Assembly (NCBI GenBank): GCA_963422735.1
Contig: OY730476.1
Coordinates: 3,136,001 to 3,200,000 of the forward strand
Source of the DNA: Candidatus Latescibacterota bacterium
GTDB lineage: Bacteria; Latescibacterota; UBA2968; UBA8231
DNA length: 64,000 bases
Direction of reading: 5' to 3'
A program made the translations under genes and the position numbers. How positions within the stretch are numbered: position 1 is the stretch's first letter; each line of letters begins with the position of its first letter. Positions 39,121-48,640 of this stretch are shown one piece after another. The notes beneath the pieces were generated by a model. The model saw only the letters and a list, made by a program, of their open reading frames with translations. It had not been told where the DNA came from and did not search any database.

Positions 39121-39147
39121 CATTGTCAATGTTGATTCATAAATCAA
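39121..39147. promoter_or_regulatory. Palindromic operator-like sites between divergent citrate synthase genes
   Basis: CATTGTCAATG (39121-39131) and TTGAT-N6-ATCAA (39132-39147) in an AT-rich spacer. Confidence 0.5.
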
Positions 39148-39150
39148 TCT

Positions 39151-40386
39151 ATGACGATGACTCCTTCGCGCTATTTATCCGCCAAAGAGGCCTGTGCCGA
39201 GCTGGGAATCCGGCCACAGACCCTCTATTCCTATGTAAGTCGTGGCCTGATCCGTTCCGAGACCGGGGATCAGCGGCATCGCACTCGCCAGTACTACCGC
39301 GAAGACATCGAACGTCTCCGCCGCCACAAGGAGCTTCGAGCGCATCCCGAAGTAGGTGCCGAGCAGGCCCTGAAAGCAGGGGATCCGGTACTGGAGTCCG
39401 CTCTGAGCCGGATCGACGATGACGACCTCTACTATCGAGGGATCAGCGTCGGAGAATTGGTGCGTGAGAGCACGGTGGAGGAGGTTGCCGCATTGCTGTG
39501 GACGGGAGATCGCTCGCTGCAAATCGAGGAATTCGCTGGTGCGGCCCGGCTGGACGGCATCAACCCAGCTCTCATCGCGGGGCTTGCGCCGCTGTCGAAA
39601 GTCGAGCGGATGCAGGCGCTGCTTCCCGTGATTGGAGCCCAAGACCCCGCGGCCTTTGCCACTGCGCCGCCGCACATCCATCACTGCGGTGCTCGCATTC
39701 TCCGGCTTATGACGCTGGTTGCCGCTACACAAGACGAAACCGGCAGCGGCATCGCTCAGACGCTGCAGAATGCTTGGCTACCCGGACGACCGGAAACCGC
39801 TCGGTTGATCGAAGCGGCCTTGATTCTGTGTGCCGATCACGAGCTCAACGTCTCGACGTTTACTTGCCGCACCGTGGCTTCGAGCGGGGCCAGTCTGTAT
39901 GCAGTGGCAACCGCCGGCCTCAGCGCCTTGCAAGGGCCCCGTCACGGTGGAGCGACCGGCCGGCTGGAGGCGTTGTGGGACGAAGCTGAATCAGAAAACG
40001 GCGTGGGAGATACCATTGCCAGCAGGCTCAAGAGAGGGGATGTAATCGAAGGCTTTGGGCACGTGGTCTATCGAGGCGTTGACCCTCGTGCGGCTATCCT
40101 CATGGAACTGCTGGAGGAGGCGGTCCCCAATGCTGTGGAATTGGCGATGGCGAGGGCATTGATCGAGGAGGTCGGCAAGCGGACGGGTCTTTCCCACAAT
40201 ATGGATCTGGGATTGGTAGCCCTGCGCCGGGCCTTGGGATTGGAGAAAGGAGCGGCTCTGTGGCTGTTCTGTCTCGGCCGAATCATCGGCTGGATCGCCC
40301 ACGCCATTGAGCAATATCAGACCGGACGCCTGATACGGCCGCGCGCTAAGTACACGGGACCCGAGCCACGCCGTGCGTCGGGTTAA
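39151..40386 (+). CDS. Citrate synthase family protein with N-terminal HTH
   Basis: LSAKEACAELGIRPQTLYSYVSRGLI HTH; ADHELNVSTF, GPRHGGA, GFGH, NMD. Confidence 0.9.
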   Translation: MTMTPSRYLSAKEACAELGIRPQTLYSYVSRGLIRSETGDQRHRTRQYYREDIERLRRHKELRAHPEVGAEQALKAGDPVLESALSRIDDDDLYYRGISVGELVRESTVEEVAALLWTGDRSLQIEEFAGAARLDGINPALIAGLAPLSKVERMQALLPVIGAQDPAAFATAPPHIHHCGARILRLMTLVAATQDETGSGIAQTLQNAWLPGRPETARLIEAALILCADHELNVSTFTCRTVASSGASLYAVATAGLSALQGPRHGGATGRLEALWDEAESENGVGDTIASRLKRGDVIEGFGHVVYRGVDPRAAILMELLEEAVPNAVELAMARALIEEVGKRTGLSHNMDLGLVALRRALGLEKGAALWLFCLGRIIGWIAHAIEQYQTGRLIRPRAKYTGPEPRRASG

Positions 40387-40393
40387 TTCTACG

Positions 40394-40636
40394 TTAGAAA
40401 ACGCCCCCGCCTAGCGCGAGGCGTATGATGCCAAAAAACAGTGCCACAATGCAGCATACTAAGCCAGCGATACCGCTGCTTTTGGAGCTGTTGCCCGCCG
40501 TGCCCAGTGCGATGCCGCTGACGATGATGCCGACGCCGGCAAAAGGTATATTGAGCCAGTTTAGCGAGCCGAGACACGGGAAGAACCCCACGACCATTCC
40601 AACAATAGCCAGAATTCCCCAAAGCAAACTAAGCAC
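40394..40636 (-). CDS. Small membrane protein
   Basis: Three hydrophobic segments, FFPCLGSLNWLNIPFA; AAGGAGG RBS. Confidence 0.7.
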   Translation of the reverse strand: MLSLLWGILAIVGMVVGFFPCLGSLNWLNIPFAGVGIIVSGIALGTAGNSSKSSGIAGLVCCIVALFFGIIRLALGGGVF

Positions 40637-40646
40637 CTGCAGGACG

Positions 40647-40964
40647 TTACCTCCTTTTGTGCATTCGATGCAGCAAGCAAAAGGCTATCACTAGCTGATT
40701 GGCGAGCAAAGCTCCATAAAAGGCGACCGATCCTCGATTGTAGATAAGGGCCGCGGCGAAGTCGCCTCGTGCAATGGCCGCGAATGCGCGCGTCATGCCG
40801 CACAAAGCGCACGTTTCCCCGCTGCGATGCGGCATCTTAAAAACCTCGCTCGCGGAAAAAAGCGTTTTTTCCGGCACGAGATAGAGCGCGATCAATGTGC
40901 AAAGCAGCATAGCTGAAGCCGCCAACCACGCCGCAGTAAGGGTACTCCTAGCTTGGCGATCCAT
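40647..40964 (-). CDS. DUF2752 domain membrane protein
   Basis: CALCGMTRAF...GDFAAALIYN motif. Confidence 0.75.
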   Translation of the reverse strand: MDRQARSTLTAAWLAASAMLLCTLIALYLVPEKTLFSASEVFKMPHRSGETCALCGMTRAFAAIARGDFAAALIYNRGSVAFYGALLANQLVIAFCLLHRMHKRR

Positions 40965-40977
40965 TGCGCCGGCTCCT

Positions 40978-42711
40978 TCACACCTGCGGCCGCAAATTCA
41001 GCAGCACTAAGAGCCAAGTGCGGCTCCAGTACGCGCTGTTGATATAGGGGTTTTCCGCGCTGGGCCAGTTGGTCCAATAGGTCTCGTTGTGCGGGATGCG
41101 GTGCGGCCACTGGACGATGGGGATGGAGGGCAAGTCGGCAAGCCAGAGGTCCATGGCCTTGCGGTAGAGTGCGTCCATCTCCGGGGCGTCGGTCGGGGTC
41201 TGGCCCATCTGGTCAATCAGCGCGTCGTAGGCCGGATTTTGCCAGCGCCAAGGCATGTCGGCCGGCTCGCCGGTGGGTTGGACAAAGCGGCTGTGATACT
41301 GGCGCAGCACAAAATAGGGGTCGCGCATCGAGCTGAAGTTGCCGATAAGGTACGCGCGGGCCGTGCCCTGGCGCAGGCGCGTGGAGAAGTCCGAGGTCAT
41401 GCGGAAGGAGGCGTCGATACCGGCCTTTTTGAGCTGGGCGATGAGCACCGGCGTCAGGTCTTGAAAGTGGGAGAAGATGTCGATGACCATGCTCAGGGGC
41501 TGCCCGTCCTTTTCCCAGAAGACCCCGTTGCGTACGTAGCCTTTGCGGGCGAGTATCTCCGCGCTCTTTTCCAAGTCGAAGACTCCCACTTGGTGCTTGG
41601 CGACTAAGTCCTCGGCGAGAGCAAAATACCGCTGCATCTGCGGGAGGTCGGGCAAGGGCAGTAGGGTCCATGCACCCGAGTTCTGCCAGCCTATAGCTAC
41701 GAGCTGTTCGCGGTCGATGGCGTAGTTGACCGCACGGCGCATCTCCGGGTCGGACCAAGGGGCCTCCAGCCCATTGAACCCCAGCGATATGGGCCACCAA
41801 GTGATGTAGCTGTACGGCGGCTCGCGGCCTGTCCAAGTAGTGATGTTGCGATTGCGCTCCAATAGGGAGATCATATTGGCCGGACGCAGCTCCAAGCAGG
41901 TGTCAATGTTGTTGGCGATCAGGTTTTGGACGCGCTTGTGCTCCTCCATATAGGTTAGGTAGATCAGCCGCTCGACCTGGGGTAACTCCTGAAAGCCAAG
42001 TTTCTCAGCCCACCAGCCCTCGCGCAGATCCCAGATCCGTTGGGCTGGTTCCGAGCGCACAATGCGATAGGGGCCGGTCAGAACCGGCCAGCCCTTTTGC
42101 AGGTCGAAGTTGGAAAAAGTCAGCGGGTCTTTGCCCTCCCAGATGTGCTTGGGCACGATGGGGACGCCTTGGTCGCCGCTGTGGACGAAATAACTGAAGA
42201 GGAAACGCGGGTTGGGTTCCTTGAGCGCGACGCGCGCCGTCAGACTGTCGAGGGCGACCGCCTCTTTGACCCAAGTCGCCATATCCGTCGAATAAACGAG
42301 CTGTGGGGCGTGCTCTACGAGCATGTTGATGGTAAAGGCAAAGTCGTGCGCCGACCAAGGATGCCCGTCGCTCCACTCGACGCCCGGACGGATTTTTACC
42401 ACAAGTTCGGTGTAATCCTCGTTGAAATGGTGGCTTTCGGCGATCCAAGGTATTAGTTCGGAATTTTCCCCGTAGGCGTTAAAAAAATAAAGCGGTTCGT
42501 AGAGGAAGTTATATCCTATCCGCGAAATGCTGCCTGGGATGAAGGGGTTGAAGGAGTTGTAATCCTGGATCTGGCCAGAGCAGGTATTGGCTTCGGCGCA
42601 GTCTATGATCAAGGTCCGGTTGCGCGGCACCTTTTTGAGAACATATCCGCTCTCGTCGCCACTACAAGCGATGAAGGGTAGGCCGGCTAAAAGCAGGATA
42701 TAAATAGGCAT
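40978..42711 (-). CDS. ABC transporter substrate-binding protein (family 5, lipoprotein)
   Basis: Lipobox FIAC, LYEPL, PGVEWSDG, TGPY, RRAVNYAIDR. Confidence 0.9.
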   Translation of the reverse strand: MPIYILLLAGLPFIACSGDESGYVLKKVPRNRTLIIDCAEANTCSGQIQDYNSFNPFIPGSISRIGYNFLYEPLYFFNAYGENSELIPWIAESHHFNEDYTELVVKIRPGVEWSDGHPWSAHDFAFTINMLVEHAPQLVYSTDMATWVKEAVALDSLTARVALKEPNPRFLFSYFVHSGDQGVPIVPKHIWEGKDPLTFSNFDLQKGWPVLTGPYRIVRSEPAQRIWDLREGWWAEKLGFQELPQVERLIYLTYMEEHKRVQNLIANNIDTCLELRPANMISLLERNRNITTWTGREPPYSYITWWPISLGFNGLEAPWSDPEMRRAVNYAIDREQLVAIGWQNSGAWTLLPLPDLPQMQRYFALAEDLVAKHQVGVFDLEKSAEILARKGYVRNGVFWEKDGQPLSMVIDIFSHFQDLTPVLIAQLKKAGIDASFRMTSDFSTRLRQGTARAYLIGNFSSMRDPYFVLRQYHSRFVQPTGEPADMPWRWQNPAYDALIDQMGQTPTDAPEMDALYRKAMDLWLADLPSIPIVQWPHRIPHNETYWTNWPSAENPYINSAYWSRTWLLVLLNLRPQV

Positions 42712-42726
42712 AGGTTACTTTTCTCT

Positions 42727-43491
42727 TTAGCCCTGTTGCAGGGCGCCAGCGCGGCTTTGGGCCAGCGCGGCCACGGGGTCGGGGAGTTGGGGGCTGAGCT
42801 CAATACTCGCCGGGCCGGCGTACGGGCTCAGGGCGAGGGCGGCGAACGTCGCGGCTAGTGCCTCCTCGGTTAGCACGCCCGCCAGCAGAGGCCAGTGCAG
42901 GTCGGCCTCCCCGTCGTTGTCATCTAAGTGTACGTACCCGAGCCGGTCTCCGGCGGCGGCTATGACAGCGGCCGGGATTTCCTTGGACATCTGTAGGTGG
43001 CCGGTGTCGAGGAGCAAGTAGAGGTTGGGGTGGTTCAGGCGGGACAAGTACTCCAAGGTCCCGGCAGCCGTCGGCAGCGCCTTACCCGGGAAATGCTCAA
43101 CCCCAACGCGGATCGTGCGCTCGGCCGCGAAGTCAGCCACTTGCCCCAAGGACTCACCAAACTGGGGCAGGGCGGCTGGGCTGATCCCCGGGACTACATA
43201 CGCGGTGCCGGCACCGAGAGCAGCGGCGTGGTCGAGGGCCTCCCGGCAGTGGTCGAGGGCGGCTTGTTGAGCGGCGGCTGTTGCGCCGTCGAGGGCCGCG
43301 TCGTCTTCCATGTTAAAACACAGCGCGAGGCAGGAGACCGACAGGCCGAGGTCGTCGATGCGTGCTCGCGACGCCGGGCCGACAAAGGTCTTCGCCTGCA
43401 CGTCAATGGAGCGGAAGCCGATAGCGGCCAGCGCGGCGAGGGCGTCTTCTTCCGAGCCGGTTAAGGCCCAAGCACAACAGGATAGCTCCAC
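42727..43491 (-). CDS. Sugar phosphate isomerase/epimerase
   Basis: GVEHFP, LDTGH, YVHLDDNDG..DLH, SIEL. Confidence 0.85.
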   Translation of the reverse strand: MELSCCAWALTGSEEDALAALAAIGFRSIDVQAKTFVGPASRARIDDLGLSVSCLALCFNMEDDAALDGATAAAQQAALDHCREALDHAAALGAGTAYVVPGISPAALPQFGESLGQVADFAAERTIRVGVEHFPGKALPTAAGTLEYLSRLNHPNLYLLLDTGHLQMSKEIPAAVIAAAGDRLGYVHLDDNDGEADLHWPLLAGVLTEEALAATFAALALSPYAGPASIELSPQLPDPVAALAQSRAGALQQG

Positions 43492-43529
43492 GATCCATTC
43501 CTTCAATAGGGTTGGCGAATAAAACGTCT

Positions 43530-44309
43530 CTACCAAGCGGGCAGCACGCCGTAGCAGACGCGGCGGGGCTCCTCTACTTTGGCGAAACCAAGGCGGGCGA
43601 GTGCGCGGCCGGGCCGGCGATCCTTCATCACCACTCGGCGGCGGGCGACGCGGCGGGCCTCGCGCAAGTCAGCGGGTGACGGACCGCCCGCCTGGGCCAA
43701 GCAGCGGACCAAGTCCAAGCCCCGGGCACGGGCAATGCTCTCGCCGAACATAGGGTCGAAGTAAACCACGTCCCAAGCTGCGTCGGCTTCCTCACGCAGG
43801 TACGTCGCAAAGTCGGCGCGACGCACTTGGACGCGTCGCATGGCCAAGCCGAGATCCGGGTCATCGGCGAGCGGGTACGAGGCCATGCCGCGCTCGACCA
43901 AGAGTGCCAACAGCGGCGCGGCCTCCAAGGCGCGTACGCGGCCCTCGGGGCCGGCTGCGTACGCGGCCACGATTGCATCGGCTCCTAGTCCGCAGGTGCA
44001 GTCGAGGACGCTGGCCCCCGGCGCGATTTGCAGGGCGTCTATCAAGGCGTCTTTTCTCTGTTGCCGCAGGGCGCGCACCCGCAGTTTAGCCATGTTGGGA
44101 TGGTAGCAAAAGCGCCGCCCGGCGATCCACAGAGCCAGGTTTTCGCGCTCGACTACGAGCAGGCCGTCGAGGTCGGCGCAGGTTTTGGCAAGGGCGGCCC
44201 GGGGCCAGTAGGGGCAGCCCATTTCAGCGGCAAGACGGCGTGCGGCCGCGCATTCCCCGGGCCGGGGCCGCGCCACCGTGGTCGTGGCGAGTGCAAACTG
44301 CCGTTCCAT
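43530..44309 (-). CDS. Class I SAM-dependent methyltransferase, RsmJ-like
   Basis: YHPNMAKLR, VLDCTCGLGADA, DVVYFDPMF, RRRVVMKD. Confidence 0.82.
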   Translation of the reverse strand: MERQFALATTTVARPRPGECAAARRLAAEMGCPYWPRAALAKTCADLDGLLVVERENLALWIAGRRFCYHPNMAKLRVRALRQQRKDALIDALQIAPGASVLDCTCGLGADAIVAAYAAGPEGRVRALEAAPLLALLVERGMASYPLADDPDLGLAMRRVQVRRADFATYLREEADAAWDVVYFDPMFGESIARARGLDLVRCLAQAGGPSPADLREARRVARRRVVMKDRRPGRALARLGFAKVEEPRRVCYGVLPAW

Positions 44310-44454
44310 CTTACCTGCTCGGACTGCGGAATACTTCCAAGATACGTTCCAAAATCTGGTTAGTGGGCTGTAAGGCAAGCTACCGCCTGAGGCAAGCGCC
44401 ATGAGTCCTACCTCGCCCCCAGACGCCGGCTTCTTGCCGGGTAAAAACCGTTGC

Positions 44455-45063
44455 TTACGAAGTGATGGATACGGCTCGTTTCTGGTATGCTGCGTCGTCC
44501 ACCTGCTTGACCAGAAACTCCGCGACATCGGCGCGGGCAATGTGGCGGACTTTCTCGTCTTTGCCGGCGGTGTAATGGCCGGAGGCCGGGGCGTCTTTCA
44601 GGATGGCGGCGCGGACGATAGTCCAGTCTAACCTGCTTTCCTTCACTATTGCCTCCTGCGCCGTGTGGTCTGCGTAGATGTTGTGCAGCATTGTCCTGAA
44701 GAGAACGCGGGCGAACAACGAGATTTGCCCCCAGCTTTCTCCCACACCAGCGGCAGAGAGGACGACGAGACGCTCTACATTGTGGCAAATCATACCGTCC
44801 ACGACGTTTCTCGTGCCGGCGGAGAGGGTCGTTTTGTCGCGCAGCCCGTTGCTGCCCAGTGCCACTATCGCCGCCTGATGGTTGGCAACCGCCGCAGCGA
44901 CCGCGGCTGCGTCCATAATATCGCCTTGGGCACCTTTCACCTCACGGCTGTCAATCTTGTTAGCCGAGCGCGTGAACGCCGTCACTTCGTGGCCCTGTTC
45001 CAGTGCTTGCCGCCATATATGCTGGCCGGTTTTCCCGGTTGCGCCAAAGATGATGATTTTCAT
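44455..45063 (-). CDS. NAD(P)H-binding oxidoreductase (flavin/biliverdin reductase-like SDR)
   Basis: FGATGKTG, LDWTIVR, IARADVA. Confidence 0.88.
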   Translation of the reverse strand: MKIIIFGATGKTGQHIWRQALEQGHEVTAFTRSANKIDSREVKGAQGDIMDAAAVAAAVANHQAAIVALGSNGLRDKTTLSAGTRNVVDGMICHNVERLVVLSAAGVGESWGQISLFARVLFRTMLHNIYADHTAQEAIVKESRLDWTIVRAAILKDAPASGHYTAGKDEKVRHIARADVAEFLVKQVDDAAYQKRAVSITS

Positions 45064-45182
45064 GGCGATCTCCCTTCGTGCAGCCCGTGCAAGTTTGCAT
45101 GCAACGCTTTATCCGCCGGGGCAACGCCTTCAATCGTCGATAGTAGGTCTGAGCCATCGGGCTGTCAACCAACCCTGTCGGG

Positions 45183-46481
45183 CTAGATGGGGGCGAAGCG
45201 ATCTAGCCGCCAGCGCTCGGCCCAAGTTCTTTCGAGGCGCACGCGCAGGCAGACATCGTTGGCGACATAGGTCTGCTCCAAGACCTGACCCTGCTGGTGT
45301 AAACGGGCCAAAAGCCGGCCTTCGGCTTGGGGGACCTGAAGCTCCAAGGTGACGTCTCCAGCAACGCTGTACGTGCGGATTTTGTCGCGTAGCGCGTCGA
45401 GGTTGATGGCTTGGCGAGCCGAGACGGCGATGGCGTCTTCGCGGGCCGCGTACGCGGCCACAATCCGCTCTTCTTCGCCGGGAGCTACTTGGTCGATCTT
45501 GTTGTACACCATAAGGGTGGGGCTGTCTGCAAGCCCGAGGCTGTGGAGGACTTGTTCGACCGTGGCGATCTGCGATTTATAGTACGGAAAGCTCAAATCG
45601 ATCACGTGGAGCAGCAAGTCGGCCTCCACAGCCTCTTCGAGCGTGGCGCGGAAAGAGGCGAACAGGTGGTGGGGCAGGCGGTTGATGAAGCCGACCGTGT
45701 CGGTGAGCAAGATCTTGTGATTGCGGTCGAGGTCAACGGCGCGAGTGGTCGAATCCAAGGTGGCAAAGAGCTGGTCCTCGACTAGGACATCCGCGCCGGA
45801 CAGCACCCTCATCAGGGTGGACTTGCCAGCGTTGGTATAACCCATGAGGGCCACCTTAAAAACATCCGAGCGATTTTTGCGGTTGGTCGCCATCTGCACG
45901 CCGATCTTGTCGAGCTTGGCCTCTAAGGAGTTGATCTGACGGCGAATCAGGCGGCGGTCGATTTCCAACTGGGTTTCGCCCGGGCCGCGGACGCCGGCTG
46001 CCCCCATGCCGCGGATGGCTCCGCCGCCAGCTTGGCGCGAGAGGTGGGTCCAGTAGCGAGTCAGGCGCGGCAAGAGGTAGTTGAGCTGGGCCAGCTCAAC
46101 TTGGATCTGGGCCGTGTGGGTGCGAGCGTGGCGCGCGAAGATGTCCAAGATCACGGAGCTGCGGTCGAGAATGCGGCGTTTGGTGACGCGCTCCAAGTTG
46201 CGCATCTGGGCCGGCGAGAGGTCGTTGTCAAAGACGATCACGTCGGCTTGGCACTGGGCCGAGAGCTGCTTGAGGGCAGCGGCCTTGCCCTTGCCGATGT
46301 AGTGCGCTGGATCGATGCGGTCGCGTCCTTGGATCTGGCGCGTGGCTTCGACGAGGCCAGCGGTGGCGACTAAGCGGCCGAGTTCGTCGAGGGAGTGCTC
46401 GGCCTCCCAAGCCGGCATCTTGGGCAGGGCGACGCCGACGAGGATGGCGCGTTCTTGGCGCAGAGTGCGGTTTGCTCCCAT
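45183..46481 (-). CDS. hflX: GTPase HflX
   Basis: ELAQLNYLLPRL, RGPGETQLEIDRR, GYTNAGKST, LFATLD, DTVGF, NKID. Confidence 0.96.
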   Translation of the reverse strand: MGANRTLRQERAILVGVALPKMPAWEAEHSLDELGRLVATAGLVEATRQIQGRDRIDPAHYIGKGKAAALKQLSAQCQADVIVFDNDLSPAQMRNLERVTKRRILDRSSVILDIFARHARTHTAQIQVELAQLNYLLPRLTRYWTHLSRQAGGGAIRGMGAAGVRGPGETQLEIDRRLIRRQINSLEAKLDKIGVQMATNRKNRSDVFKVALMGYTNAGKSTLMRVLSGADVLVEDQLFATLDSTTRAVDLDRNHKILLTDTVGFINRLPHHLFASFRATLEEAVEADLLLHVIDLSFPYYKSQIATVEQVLHSLGLADSPTLMVYNKIDQVAPGEEERIVAAYAAREDAIAVSARQAINLDALRDKIRTYSVAGDVTLELQVPQAEGRLLARLHQQGQVLEQTYVANDVCLRVRLERTWAERWRLDRFAPI

Positions 46482-46605
46482 TTGGGCTTCTTTGGACTTG
46501 ATGGTGCAGCGTATCAAACACAAACAGAGCGCATCACTTTGTCAACACCGCAAGGACGAATCGAAGGGGCCGATTTTGCGCCTCCAATGTGCAAGCGAGT
46601 TGTTG

Positions 46606-46649
46606 CGACAAAAAAGTCGTCTTTGGCAGGATCATCGACGATTTTGTCG
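46606..46649. promoter_or_regulatory. Two CGAC-N6-GTCG palindromic boxes 30 bp apart
   Basis: CGACAAAAAAGTCG (46606-46619) and CGACGATTTTGTCG (46636-46649) in the divergent hflX/response regulator spacer. Confidence 0.45.
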
Positions 46650-46916
46650 TCCATGTAGGCAAACGGGGTGCAGCGGTGTGCTTCTAACTCGTTGTTTAAC
46701 ATTGACTTTTTTGAGAAATTAAACCTATGGCACTGGCTTTGCTTAATTTGCTTAAAACGTTTGTTTACTATCGAAATGCCGTCCCTAACGCCTACTCTGT
46801 TTTGCACATAGCCTATTCGCATACCCGATAACATAACCTGCCCATTCAGCCCTGTGGACGGCCGATGAGTCTGCGGGGCACAACCATCTCTACACCTTGG
46901 GAAAACGGTGCTGGTC

Positions 46917-47336
46917 ATGGCCGGAATTTTAATTGCCGATGCCGACACACGCGTTTGTGGCTACATCTATAGGATCTTGAGCAAAAGACAAATCGGGCAG
47001 TCGGTTGAGCTGACGACCGACTGCTTCTGTGCGTACGCCAGCCTGCTGTCAAACGAGTACGACCTAGCCATAATAGATGCCCCGCTGCCCAACTTCTCAG
47101 TCGGCACCATCCGCAAACTGCGAACGCGGGGCGCGAAGACAAAAATCGTCGTGCTGTGCGACTTGGCGAGTCCCTGCCTGGCGAGAGAGGTCGTGCTGAG
47201 TGGAGCACAGGATTTAGTCGAGAAACCCATTTTACTGGACAGCTTTGTCTATAGCCTCAAGAGACATTTAGACAAAAATAGAGTGGATGTGTACGCAGAG
47301 ATTCAAAGTGCGAATTGGCCGCGTAGTGCTATCTGA
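46917..47336 (+). CDS. Atypical single-domain response regulator
   Basis: ILIADAD, YDLAIID, GAQDLVEKP; conserved Ser/Thr position reads VVLCD. Confidence 0.75.
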   Translation: MAGILIADADTRVCGYIYRILSKRQIGQSVELTTDCFCAYASLLSNEYDLAIIDAPLPNFSVGTIRKLRTRGAKTKIVVLCDLASPCLAREVVLSGAQDLVEKPILLDSFVYSLKRHLDKNRVDVYAEIQSANWPRSAI

Positions 47337-47358
47337 CACAGGAGAAAAGGGACTGATC

Positions 47359-48582
47359 ATGGGCAAACACAGCGAAGGCAATGCTAACGAGGACCTGTTG
47401 CGAGACTTGCGGCTCGCGGTTTGGCGGCACAAAGAACCGGAGGGCGAATTCATGGTCCTATCGCAGATCCGCCAGACCTTGAACCACGCTGGGATCGCTT
47501 ACGACGGTTGCCGGTTGTACCGGGTGCAAGCCAACAACGGCGAGTGCAAGATGCGCGTCCATCCCTTGACAGCCGACGGGCATTGGTCCCCGCTAACAGA
47601 AGGACAGCAGTGGGTGCTGGCGGCGTGGAAATCAGCCACGACCTGCTATCGAGCACCGAGCCGCCACGGAGAACGCGACTGGCTGGCCCAGCAGATGCGT
47701 TGCAATATCAAAGCCATTCTCGAAACGACCTTTGATCAAGGTGTCCTAGCCGTTTATCGCCAAAAAGCCATCGCCTGTAGCGATGCGGATGTCGGCTTGT
47801 TCAAGGGCTTGGGCGAGGTCCTCAGTGGGCTGTATTACCGACGAGAAGACCTGTCGCAGTTGCAGGCCAAAGAAGTGCAGCTACGCCAAGCGCAGAAATT
47901 GCGGGTGATGGGGCAATTGACGGCCGAGTTCGCGGGCGAAATCAACAAACACTTAGAGGTGATCATCGGCGAGGCCAGCCTGCTGCGCGAAAGCGACTTA
48001 GCACCCACCGTTGGCGACGGCGTACAAGCCGTGTACGAGGCCGGCCTCCAAGCGCGCAGCACCAGCGAGCGGCTGGTGGCGTGTGCGCGCCAGCAGAAGA
48101 AGCGGAAAGAATGGGTCAGCTTCACCCGCCTCGTGCAGGAGACAGCCCTGCTGGTGCGCCGGACGCTCCTGAAAGACCAGATCGAAATCGCCGAGGACAT
48201 AGCCCCGAACCTGCCCTATATCAAGGCTCATGCCGGCCAGATCCAACAGGTCGTCCTCAACCTCATCCAAAACAGCCGCGAAGCCATAAAGCAGGCGCGA
48301 AGCGCGGGACGGATCTCGCTGCGGGTATCGACCCGCCAGGGTTGGATCGTGCTGGAGATCGAGGACAATGGGCCGGGCATTCCCGAGGAAATCCGGGCCG
48401 ATATTTTTGAGCCGTTCTTCACGACCAAGGCGTCGAGCTATAACAGCGGATTGGGGTTGAGCGTATGCGCGGGCATTGCCCGCGACCACCACGGCCGACT
48501 ATTCGTCGCAGACTGCGTTCGAGGGGCCTGTGTGGGCTTGGAACTGCCCATCAATCCGCACGCCGCATTAGTGGACAACTAA
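47359..48582 (+). CDS. Sensor histidine kinase-like protein with degenerate H-box
   Basis: GQLTAEFAGEINKHL in place of AHEINNPL; intact N (LNLIQNS), G1 (DNGPGIP), F (FEPFFTTK) and G2 (GLGLS) boxes. Confidence 0.85.
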   Translation: MGKHSEGNANEDLLRDLRLAVWRHKEPEGEFMVLSQIRQTLNHAGIAYDGCRLYRVQANNGECKMRVHPLTADGHWSPLTEGQQWVLAAWKSATTCYRAPSRHGERDWLAQQMRCNIKAILETTFDQGVLAVYRQKAIACSDADVGLFKGLGEVLSGLYYRREDLSQLQAKEVQLRQAQKLRVMGQLTAEFAGEINKHLEVIIGEASLLRESDLAPTVGDGVQAVYEAGLQARSTSERLVACARQQKKRKEWVSFTRLVQETALLVRRTLLKDQIEIAEDIAPNLPYIKAHAGQIQQVVLNLIQNSREAIKQARSAGRISLRVSTRQGWIVLEIEDNGPGIPEEIRADIFEPFFTTKASSYNSGLGLSVCAGIARDHHGRLFVADCVRGACVGLELPINPHAALVDN

Positions 48583-48640
48583 ACCTTGTTGCAAAAGACG
48601 CGCTCCTATATGTTCAGGCCCGCAGCGCACAACGCGGGAG

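Noticed and set aside
39132-39147. FNR/CRP box
   Set aside because: Half-sites TTGAT/ATCAA are spaced by 6 nt, not the 4 nt FNR requires
44310-44403. RBS + ATG giving MALASGG...FWNVSWKY, faintly like a Uma2 N-terminus
   Set aside because: Too short and degenerate to assign; may be a remnant or chance
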